Program-made: the position numbers and the translations under genes
From: Vicugna vicugna
Taxonomy: Eukaryota
Direction of reading: 5' to 3'
Length of the DNA: 64,000 bases
Assembly: GCA_013265495.1 (NCBI GenBank)
Contig: MU059781.1
Coordinates: 744,001 to 808,000 of the forward strand
Shown: positions 49,476 through 60,588 of the stretch, in pieces
Layout: each line of letters opens with the position of its first letter
Numbering within the stretch: position 1 is the first letter of the stretch
The notes under the pieces: generated by a model
The model's database searches: none
What the model saw: the letters and a program-made list of their open reading frames with translations, nothing else
Told to the model about the DNA's origin: nothing

Positions 49476-51875
49476 TTACAAAGAAAGAGGAGGAAGAGAG
49501 AAAGGGGAAGAAAAATGCTTAACTGAGCATCTGTCTTTTTAAGGATGGCTTTGGCTTAAACTTTTGGGTAAAGGTTAAGTCAAAACAGCAAATTTTAGAG
49601 GAGAACTAGGACTGAGTGTATTCTTGGATAATCGAACTCCAGCTCCTAACTCAGCAGCTGTTACATGTGTGGGGAGTGCTGGTTAGTGGGAGGGCTGAGC
49701 ACAAGGACTTCAGCCTAAGCACAGACTTTCCATTGAATATGTCCATCTAGGAAGACTGCCAGTCCATAAAATCCCGGCTAGTGAGGCACTAACTGATCTG
49801 GGCAGTAGAGGGGATATCATAACTTCTGTTGAAAGATAACTTACTCTGTCAGCGTTGCTTTGTTCGCAAGCTCGAGAGCTTGACTTATTCCCGAGGAATC
49901 TGTGCTCACGTCCAGTCTTTGTGATTGAATGGCATCCACGTTCTTCGCTTGAGTTACACACAAAGTTGCCACAAATGAGGACCACAAAATTTTCTATTCC
50001 CCAAAAGATGGATGTGATTATTTCTAAGAAGAAGCCCTTTTTTATCTTCTTCAATTCGACATTGATTTTCTTTCTATCAGAATACACACCACAAGGCAAG
50101 CAGATCATCCTACCGTCTTCATTGTGGGGTCAACCTCTCTCCCTCAAACACAGAACTTCCCAGGAACTGTATCATACCTTCCGCCCATGACCCTGAAGTT
50201 AATACATGGATCTTTCTTTTCACCCAAGAGTGCAGTGATTTTTTTTAATGCAGAGAATGCAGTGCCCCAGGGACTTTATTCCTAAAGATTCACTACATCT
50301 CCAACTCCTGCTCTCTTTCTCCTCTGCTGAGTGGTCCCTAGCTATCCTGACAGGGGATCTGCCCTCACACCCAGCTGTCCCCTAGCTGATGCCTCCTGTA
50401 AGACCTCCACAAGAATGAAAGGAATGTGTCTGTCTTCAATGCCGAGACTGTCCATCAGAACTAAGGGTCAGTGTGCAGACGCCCTTCCCTGCTCTTTTGT
50501 CCCTGCATCTTATCATGGCTCTCCAGCAGGGCCTTTGCTTTCCACACCTCACTGGGGGTGTGTGGGCTACTTTTTCGCTTGCATCTCTGTTTGCAAAGAT
50601 ATGTATCCAATTCCGCACACAATGAAAGAATGACAACAACATGAATTACAAATGTTATGATGCATTATGCTTTGATTAAATAAGAAATGTGATCGGCTGA
50701 GCCCAAAAGGATAGAACTAGAATCCCATCAAGAGAAAAGATGAATGAACAGAACTACAGTGACATCTGCTGGTCCCTCCCTCCCATAGAGTTGTTGGTTT
50801 AGGTGTCACCAGAAGAGTGGGTGGTGGAAGGAAATAATCATGATGATAATCTCATGCTATAAAAACAATCCTTTGAAAGTGCTTCTATGTAAAAATGTAT
50901 TCAGTTCAACTGTTTTAATTGGTATGTCGTGAATGAGAAAACAAAAGCCTTTGGAATAGAAGGTGAAAATTATTTAGTCTGCAGTTGCTCATAACAGCAA
51001 TGGAAAAGCCCACTTGTGCCTTCACTTTAGCACATGATCACCCACGCGCCACAGCAGATTGGCGTGTCAGTCTGGAGAAGAAGGAAAGTATGCAAACAAA
51101 AAGGTTCTACTCAGAAGTATTTCTGAGTCTTAAAATACTGGCTTCCTCTTCAGAATTCCAGGAGATGCTGAGGTACCAGGGGACACGAATGACCCTCCCT
51201 ACCCAGGATGTACATCTTGAAGGGTTTCTCTGTTAAAAAAGAGTCCACTGTTGCAGGTCTGAGGCACATTAGAAAAACATAAAGATGTAATCAGGCACTC
51301 CTTGGGGTCTGGGGCTTCAGAGGATCAGTAAACTTTGTCACCCTGTTGGCTTCTGCTCGGGCAAATCTTCAATTATCAATGTTCGCTGCCCTCTATGCCA
51401 AAAAAATGAAGTGAGATCTGCTCTGAGGTCCAGCATCCTGAGCACAAAATGCCCAAAGCTGCCTCCCTGGAGCCTAAGAAGTCTCAGCAAAGCATTCCCT
51501 TGAGGATTTCTCACCAGTGTCTTTTGTAGAAGGGGCAGGGGTTTTGTTGGACCCCCAAAGCTGTGTCACAAAGGGAGCCGTCATCTGGACTCTGGATAAT
51601 GACCGTTCTGTTTTCAATGAAATACAAACCCACATGGATATTTTTTTCCTAAGCACAGCCCTAAATGCTTTCAGTGTATGGTGTCTGTAACAATAGGTTA
51701 TAAAGCTCTGCTAACAGCCTTACTTACCAAAAAAAAAAAAAGTTAGTAGCGATTATGTTTTTCAGAAATTATCAAAATGATTTTAAAGTGGTATGCATGT
51801 ACCTTAGCTTTGGGGGCTGTGTGACAAAAGATGAGCACTGCATTAGGAACAAAGGAACTTTTCACTTCTGCCTCA

Positions 51876-52207
51876 NNNNNNNNNNNNNNNNNNNNNNNNN
51901 NNNNNNNNNNNNNNNNNNNNNNNNNNNNNNNNNNNNNNNNNNNNNNNNNNNNNNNNNNNNNNNNNNNNNNNNNNNNNNNNNNNNNNNNNNNNNNNNNNNN
52001 NNNNNNNNNNNNNNNAACCNNNNNNNNNNNNNNNNNNNNNNNNNNNNNNNNNNNNNNNNNNNNNNNNNNNNNNNNNNNNNNNNNNNNNNNNNNNNNNNNN
52101 NNNNNNNNNNNNNNNNNNNNNNNNNNNNNNNNNNNNNNNNNNNNNNNNNNNNNNNNNNNNNNNNNNNNNNNNNNNNNNNNNNNNNNNNNNNNNNNNNNNN
52201 NNNNNNN
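51876..52207. other. Masked (N) block split by an unmasked AACC (52016-52019)
   Basis: 140 N, then AACC, then 188 N. Confidence 0.95.
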
Positions 52208-53409
52208 GGATTTGATTTCTAAGTTTTTTTTTCTTTCTTTCTTTCTTTTTTTTTTTTTTTCTGTTTTGTGTGTATGTTTAAACTGCAAAGCTACTTTTTC
52301 CCCTCTATCATCTTTCAGCCCTGGTTGAGTCTGCACAATTCATCATTGTTTCAGCGGGTTTTCTACAAGGGAAGATTACTAAACTAATTGATTATTAATT
52401 GATTATCATAATAGTCACATTGTATTTGCCATGATTCCTGAAAGCAAGGTATGCCCCGGGTAGTTCTCAATAGTCAGGGATTTGCAGACCCAGAGCCAGG
52501 CTGGGGCATCCCCAGGGACCCATCCATCTGGCTCTGACAGTGCCACATCCATTACTCCCACAAATAATGCTAGGGGAGGTAGAATTGGGTGGAATTGGGA
52601 GTATCGTTTCCTGTAGTTTCTTCCATTTGCAAGAAGTCGAGCACTTCTTTTTTCTGAGTATCTCTGGCATGATGCCTGTTTGTGAGAAGAGGAGGAGGGT
52701 TTTCCAGGATCCTTCTCTGCCTTCCTGAGGCCACTGACTCCAGGCCCTCCAGGCTCAGTGGACTGTGGTCCTAGTCCTATCTCCTGACACATGGTTCAGC
52801 TTGTGACTCAAACTCTCTTGATATTAAAGGGTGACATTGTCACGTGCATTCGTGCAGCCCTGCACTGGGTCATTGAACGCCCTTTCTTGGGTGCCCTTCA
52901 TGCCTTAGTCCTTTGCTCAGGCCCTGGGGACACAACAGTTAGTGCACAAGGGGTGCCCTCCGGCCAATGGGGCAGAAAGACAGTTACCTCGACTAGGACA
53001 ATAGGGCATCATGTGTGCTGTGCCAGCACAGAAAAGTGAGGCAGGAGTCAGGAAAGCTTCCCAGAGAAAGGGACATTCGAGCTGAGTTTACAAGGATGTG
53101 GAATTAACTAGGTAAGGAAGGGAAAGTACGTTCCAGGCAAAGGGAGCAGAATGGAAGAATGAAACCACAGCCAAGTTCAAATAAACAGTTGTTCCCTGGT
53201 GGCTGGAAGGAAGGTGCATGTATGTGGGGTCCGGCAATGACGAGGGATGCATCAGGAAACGGAGAACCTCTATATGTGGGGCTTGTTGGTCCTCAAAGGC
53301 ATATCTTCTTGTCCTGCTTTATTTAACATTTGCTGAGCACCTGCTATATAGGGGATGGTTCTCCATGCTTGGCAGGATTGAGAGGAAAGTCGTCTCTGCT
53401 CTCAATAAC

Positions 53410-53597
53410 AAACACACAGCAAGTGTCCACTGCAGACCAGACCATCTGCCATTTTGCTGTTCTACTGAATCCTCACAAATCTGCAAAGTAGGTACTGTCA
53501 TCCCAGTTTTACAGATGAGGAAACCAGAGCACTGAGAGGTAAAAATGACTTGTTCAAGATCAAACATGTGGTTTGCAACAGCTGGACTAGAACTGCA
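53410..53597 (-). mobile_element. MIR SINE
   Basis: aatcctcaca...atcccagttttacagatgaggaaaccagagcactgagaggt. Confidence 0.85.
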
Positions 53598-55686
53598 AAG
53601 ACGTCACAAGAAGCTCATGATTCAAAGTTTCCAGTAATACAAAACCATACAGAAAAGAGAGGAGCCTGGGGAGAGGGATGTAAACATTTGGGGTGGTACT
53701 CCCCCTGTTCAGCCAACATATCCCCTTGCACCATAAAGGAGCCCTGAGCCCAGACTTTCTGGAAATCCCTATGTGGGTTCTGCAGGCAGGAGAGCTCCAC
53801 AGAGATGGCTTCTTTTCCTGTTGCCTTTTCTCCCCAACCCCAAGCCTCCCTGCCTTTGAAACACCTCCTTCTCTCCTGATGAAGCCCCTGATTCTGAACT
53901 CTCAGCCACCAGACAAGGTGTAAGCCTCCTCTTGGATCTTCCCCATGGCCTCTGGCATGGGTAGCAATTCCCACCAATTCCCACTTTAGACATTTTTCAA
54001 GCCAGGCAGAGAGAAGCAGACAGATTCATAGCCAGGAGGAGAAAGGGAGAGAGAATACTGGGATGATTCTCAACACGGGGCCGTAGTTTCCTTTATAGAA
54101 CTCTTGTTCGTATCAATTGTACTTGATTACTTTCCAAAATATTAAAAATCCCTAAGTAAACATCTTGCCCTGTTAAGGTCAGTCTCCTGCCAGTAGCTCT
54201 CATCAGGCTTATAAATTCTACTTTTATCTCCTCCACCCTGCTACCTACTGTTCTCTTAACCTGACACCAGAAGTTCCAATAACCAGTTACCCAATTCCTG
54301 GGTCATGGTCTCCCCCACAACAAAGAGAGAAGTGTAGTCTCACTAATACAGAAAGCAAAGAAGAAGAAAGAATAAACAAGGACTTCTTAAAACAACTAAA
54401 AGTGGCAAAGTCTGCTTAGAAATAGAATGTTTATAGAGACATTTGTTAAGAAACAGCACACTTCAATGTATGTTGAAATGTAATGAACATATGGTAAAAA
54501 TCCAAGGAAAAGAAAGCCATGGGAACAGTCTTTGAAAGGGTTGAGCTAGTATGCAGGGAGTATGGCTGGATGTTTCTAGAACACTGTAGATCTTACTCCT
54601 TTATGCCTGCATTCCTCTGACAACGTTTTCCTGTGGCTGATCTTTTCACCCTGAAGCCAAACGGCCAAGGTCAACCCTTAACACCTAGTCGGGGGCTCCA
54701 CTGTTCCAGGTAGTGTGTTGTGTGTTTGCTCATTGCCTCTTTGGTCTTTGAGTTCTCCAGAAGTCACATAACATCGTATTTCTGAATCTGTAATACTTCA
54801 CATCACAGGCAGAAATAGAAAAGGAAGATGCTGAAGGGAACATGAAGGGAGAAAAAGGAGACTTTGTCAGGAGTTTTAAACTTTCTTATTGAGTTAGAAG
54901 GAGCCCCTGGGAGAAGACGCTTTTAGATGTTTGGTCCTTCTGGGCGCACTGTTGCCATAGAGAAGAAAGAGCGTGATGATTTAAAAGTGGTCGGGACATG
55001 CAAGGGGCTCAAAGGGATGACTGTAGGAAGGTGTCTGTCTCACAATTGCTCTTTTATGTGGGCATTAAGGCTGTGACCGATATTGTCATCATTTACAGGA
55101 TATATTTCTTTCAGAAAAGCATGAGAAATCTCGGCTTTTGACTGTATAAAGGAAAAAACTTCCAGCTTTTACCTAAAATCCTTCATCCCATGATTCATAG
55201 CATTAAGAAAAGGATTTAGGCACTTAAGGGAAGGAATTTCAAATTCGTGCTGAACTCCTGCTTTGCTCTGTAAACGGGCAGGTTTTCCTTTGCTGGTTTT
55301 ACAATACTTATCATTTGCAGCCAGAGCACAAATGTTGGGGAATTTCATAAATACACAGGTAGTAAAAGCATTTGTGGCATTGCTCTATTAAGTCATCCAA
55401 ATGTTAGACAAGACATTCTAATGTAGGAGTCCTGACTTTTAGAACAAAAGACCCCAAGGTGGTTGGAGGCATTGACAGTGACCAGGAGAAAATGAGATGA
55501 ATAAATAATCTCCTCTGGTTAATTAATTGTCCAAGGAGACAGTGTCAGTAGCTTCCCTTGCGTCCCCTCCCCTACCACAAGCGTCAGAGAGTCAGTGGAA
55601 AGGCTAATGTGAGATGGATTAGCAACCTGTGAACATCAGTCGGGCTGCCTCAAAGTTTGCCCAGCTTAGCACTTACCAAGGTACCT

Positions 55687-56052
55687 CTTATGGGCTGAAT
55701 TGTATCCCCCCAAAATTTATATACTGAAACTCTACCCCCAGTGCCTCAGAATGTGACTTTTTTGGAAATAAGCCCCCTAAAGAGATAATTAATTTAAAAT
55801 GAGGTCATTAGGGTCAACCTGACCTGTGTCCTCATAAGAAGAGGACACAGACACACACNNNNNNNNNNNNNNNNNNNNNNNNNNNNNNNNNNNNNNNNNN
55901 NNNNNNNNNNNNNNNNNNNNNNNNNNNNNNNNNNNNNNNNNNNNNNNNNNNNNNNNNNNNNNNNNNNNNNNNNNNNNNNNNNNNNNNNNNNNNNNNNNNN
56001 NNNNNNNNNNNNNNNNNNNNNNNNNNNNNNNNNNNNNNAGGAAAACTAATAA
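55687..56052 (+). mobile_element. MaLR LTR MLT1A/A0 (central 180 bp masked)
   Basis: Start ttatgggctgaattgtatccccccaaaatt, internal cctcagaatgtgact...aatgaggtcattagggt, end aggaaaactaata. Confidence 0.92.
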
Positions 56053-57399
56053 AGTGCTTATAATAGTCTGTTGAGTGAAAAAAAATGAATCAATCTATCA
56101 GTGATGACTCTTAGGAAAGCTGAAATCTGCAGACATTATGGTGAGTATGGCCAAGGGTCTGGCATTAGTTCTTGAGCTTATGACTCAGATAACCTCAGGC
56201 AAGTTTGCAAATCTCTCTGCGTACCAGATCCCTTTCTGGTGAAATGAGGATAATGATACTTTATTATACACTATGTATTTACCAAGGAAGTCCTCTGATA
56301 TGCACTTGGTATGTAAAAATAAATGCCACTGTCCTGTTCTGGTCATGTTTATGGTGATTCTAATTAAGAGGAGAGAGATGCTCATAAATGAATGATTTCA
56401 ACACAATGGGATACCTGCTCCAATAGAAATTTGTACATGCTTCCAGAATCATGTGCGTGTGTTACGGTTACATCAGATTAACTTTTAAGAGTGAAGTTAG
56501 GAAAAACTTCACAAAGGTAATTCTTGGACAGGGTCTTAAAGTTCAAGTTCAGATGGCAATAAAATCAGACATGAGGGCTTTGGGATAAAGAAGCATGTGC
56601 AAGGGCAAAACAGGCTGAAAGAACGGTAGGTAGTTAGGTGTGACTGGAGAGCATCACCAAAATTGGCAGAACATGAGGCAGGAAAGCTACGTTGGTCCTG
56701 AATACCTAAACAAACTGTCTTGGCTTTATTCTATTAGACACTAGGGATCAGAGAAGGTTTTTAGGCAAGAGAGTGAGATGAAGAGATCTATCTTTTGGAA
56801 AGCATAATTTGAAGGCAGGGTGGTAAATGGATGTGATGGGAAACATTTGGAAACAGATGCCAAGTAGGTATGCTATTGCCATAGTTCATGTACTTGAAAG
56901 ACCGTGGGGTGTCGGGGGGATTGAATTGGATAACCTATGTGAACTCACTCTTTAAATAATAATATTAATAATTGTGATTTTTTGAGAGTGAGAAGATTTA
57001 AGACCTGAGCTTCTCATAATACGTGTCAATGCTAATTAAATTTTCAGAGCAGTTGTGAAAATTAGTTAATATTATAATAAGCATGAGATACCATATAAAT
57101 TTCTTAGTTGCAAATTCCTTAACATTAAAATAACCACTCACTTTGATGAAACAGCCAATAAATTAGAAGAAAGAAGTAGAGAATTTCACCAAAATGGTCT
57201 TTTTTTGGTGGCAACAAGTCTCTGCACATTTAGCAGAATAAACCAAGGATTTAAATTCCACAGGTATTGGTATTGAAATTCCATGGACTATGAAATATAA
57301 ATAACCATATGTTTTAGAAACTGGGTAATTTACTTTCTTTACCAACATGTTCCCCTCTTTCTCTGCATGTCTTTACCCTAACTGCCTAGCAGAATTACC

Positions 57400-57587
57400 T
57401 GCTGCCTCCTCTGTGCTCCCAAAGCCCTTTGTTCCATATTGCACAAATCACATTGTGGGAAGGGATATACATAAGCCTCTGTCTCCATTGCTAGATCACA
57501 AACTCCTTGTCTTCATCTTTGGCTCCCCAGAGCCTAGCACAGGGCCTGCCTGGCCACAGCAGATGCTTGATATTTAGTCACTGAATT
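57400..57587 (+). mobile_element. L2 3' end
   Basis: tccccagagcctagcacagggcctg...agatgcttgatatttagtcactgaat. Confidence 0.75.
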
Positions 57588-57610
57588 TCTTTAAGGTTAC
57601 TCCCAGGATG

Positions 57611-57682
57611 GTGTGTGTGTGTGTGTGTATGTTTGTGTGTGTGTGTATGTTTGTGTGTGTGTGTGTGTGTGCGCGTGTGTGT
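57611..57682. repeat. Interrupted (TG)n microsatellite with a duplicated TATGTT interruption
   Basis: (TG)n-TATGTT-(TG)n-TATGTT-(TG)n-CGC-(GT)n. Confidence 0.95.
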
Positions 57683-58489
57683 TTCCGCTATAAACTCAGA
57701 GGGAAAAGTGATAAAGTGATGTGGATTCCACTTGATGGCCTGTTCTATAAAGTAGTTCTCTTTGTAATGTAAAACCCCAGTGAAGGAACTGACACATGCC
57801 AGTGTAAGTACACATGCCAAAACTCTGTCTCAGCAGCCAGCTTTGGTGAGCTCAGCTCTCTTTGAATGCATGTGTCTGATTCATAAGTGCTTGTCCTGCT
57901 TCATTGCCCTAGTTCACATCACGTTTATTTGTTTGACTTATGCCGGACTAGTGTGTATACATCTCCCATACAGGATCTCATTATACCAAGGCAGAAAGAG
58001 GCTTAATGCACACTTTGTACTTTTGACACCTAGATAATCCAGTTATCATCTTGACATGGAAATTGGGATGTTTTGTTCTAGTGGCCTGATATACTCAAGT
58101 TAGAATACATACATCAACGATTTCAAAACACGATGTGTTCTACAAATATCAAATCTTCTTCACTGCATTTCAAACAATGCAGCCGAGATGGTTCATTATA
58201 CAAGGATAGGGAAATAAATTCGCTTATTTTCTCTTTGCTTTTCTTTTGTTGACTAAGGAAGCATCAATAAAAAGGCCAGGTGCTCTGTAGTTGACGTTTT
58301 CATGGACAGCACACGTACTCAGCACTCAGACTTGCTGTCATTTACTATCTTTCCCCTTGGATGTTAATAAAGCAATAGGATACTTTTTAAAGTGTCTTTT
58401 TTTTCTTCCCCTTCCTTAAATCATACTTAATATTGAGATATCTTAGAAAAGCTTTTTATTTCAACAATCGCTTACTTTTTTTTGAGATC

Positions 58490-58687
58490 TTATCATTTGC
58501 GATGTGTCATCCTAGGTACTTTAAACTCTCCCTATAATCCTCACCAGCCCTACAAGGTAAGTATTATTATTTCTCTCCTATTTACAGATACAGAAGTCGA
58601 AGCAAAAAGTCACTCTGCACCATTAGTGGGATTGAGTTAAGAGCCTGTGTCTCTCTGACCTGAATCTGGCTTTACACACTGTACTGC
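58490..58687 (-). mobile_element. MIR SINE
   Basis: aatcctcaccagccctacaaggtaagtattattat...tttacagatacagaa. Confidence 0.8.
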
Positions 58688-60119
58688 ACCGTCTCGGTCT
58701 TCTGAGGTAACGCACAGTCCTCTGCTAACTTCAGTCTGAAGTTAGAATTGTAACTGAAAGTCTGCAATCATTTCTAGCATGAATTGGGAACTCCATATAC
58801 GTCAATGAATGACTAATGTAGTGCTAATCACTAACTGTAGGTCCACAGGGGAAGATTCAGAAATAGCAGAGATAAGAATATTTTTGCACCTGTATAACAA
58901 TAGCATCAACAGCGGTAATAAAGATAATAACATTTAGTTCACTTGTGGAGAAAATGTTATAAACTAATCTCAGTGCAGGCGATAAAACAAAGGCAGTTGG
59001 TGGGTCTGAGGTAGCAGCTTCAGTACACTCACTTGGCAGTATGCTATGGCCCAACGAAGATCCGTGAGACTTCCCAAGCAATATCCAAGGGATGATGACA
59101 AAATGTTGGATAAATCATTCCAAAGCTTTTACAGAGAGACTCACTCTGCCATATGGAAAAAACGGTTAGGGAACAATTAACTTCAACAATGTATATTGCC
59201 CCTGGAAACGAAACTGGGTTAAGGCACTACGACAAGGCTGACTGCAACCTCTATAAATTAGTGCGCAATAATGGGCATAGTCTGAAACCATAAAAACTTT
59301 CAAAAATAGAATAATTGCAAGCCATGAAATTATTTATAAAAGGAGCAACAACAAATTCTAAGGTAGACACACCCAGCCCTCTTCCCTACTTAATTTGCCG
59401 TATTTATATATTAAATAAAGCAAATGTTTGATGGGTGTGAAGGTTCCAGTGTAGTGAACCAAGATAGAGTAATTGGCATTAAAATTATTGCAAGTGTTTA
59501 ATCCAAGAAACCTTGTTTATGAAGTGCAGAAGATGTAAAACAATTGAGCATGAATGGAGACACAGTGCTTACATTGCTGTGTGCTACCAACAGACATAAG
59601 AAAGCTACTAAGATTATAAATCATCAACTAGCTTTCAAATGCAAGTAAATAGTGGAATTAACACAGAGCTCAGTGGAGACCATAAACCAGGTTAAGTAGA
59701 TACAAAATTTAAAAACACAACATATAGTGAGATAGAGCCATAGTCACAAACCAACAATTTCTGGATTAAAGACCAATAGTTTGCTACATACTCCAATTCA
59801 AAAAGAGAATGGGATCCTGGGCAGGACCAGATAAAGAGGCAAAGGGCCAGAAGAGGAAGGCAGGCATGTTTTGAAGAGCAACCCAGGTAGCTATGCAGCT
59901 GCAGGTGTGATAAAACAAGTGTATGTTATACTTTAGGGACAATTCAGAAAATGAGGCCACTGGATTTCTATTCCAACAACAAATTATCATAAGGATTTGC
60001 ACATACACATGAAGATTCAGTCAATATAATGATTACACACAACCTTCCTAAGAATCTTAATCATTATTTTTAAGATGTCTTGCTTATTTAAGTGCTTTCA
60101 TATGTTTAATATAACTTTA

Positions 60120-60270
60120 TTTTTATAGTAATTGCAACTTTTGTTCATAACACCATATAGCAGATGAGAAAATGGAAGCTCAGGAGTAGTGAAATAACAT
60201 GTCTAGGATAACACAGGGTGTCAGTGGTAGAACCAGGATTAGAACACAATTTCTGACTGGTACAGCTTTT
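60120..60270 (-). mobile_element. MIR SINE
   Basis: gcagatgagaaaatggaagctcagga...gtctaggataacacag...ggtagaaccaggattagaac. Confidence 0.75.
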
Positions 60271-60352
60271 ACTTCCTGTGGAATCAGCCCTTCAAGTTTT
60301 AAAGTGGTCTGAAATGTAAAATACCAGTTGATTATAAGAAAAATATGTATCC

Positions 60353-60588
60353 NNNNNNNNNNNNNNNNNNNNNNNNNNNNNNNNNNNNNNNNNNNNNNNN
60401 NNNNNNNNNNNNNNNNNNNNNNNNNNNNNNNNNNNNNNNNNNNNNNNNNNNNNNNNNNNNNNNNNNNNNNNNNNNNNNNNNNNNNNNNNNNNNNNNNNNN
60501 NNNNNNNNNNNNNNNNNNNNNNNNNNNNNNNNNNNNNNNNNNNNNNNNNNNNNNNNNNNNNNNNNNNNNNNNNNNNNNNNNNNNNNNN
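60353..60588. other. Masked (N) block, 236 bp
   Basis: N-run with AT-rich unique flanks. Confidence 0.95.

Noticed and set aside
49867-49882. Inverted repeat CAAGCTC-GA-GAGCTTG
   Set aside because: 7-bp arms are expected several times by chance in 64 kb, and there is no supporting context.
59007-59027. TGAGGTAGCAGC..., a let-7-like 5' end
   Set aside because: Only the seed matches. The rest diverges from let-7/miR-98 members and no precursor hairpin is visible.
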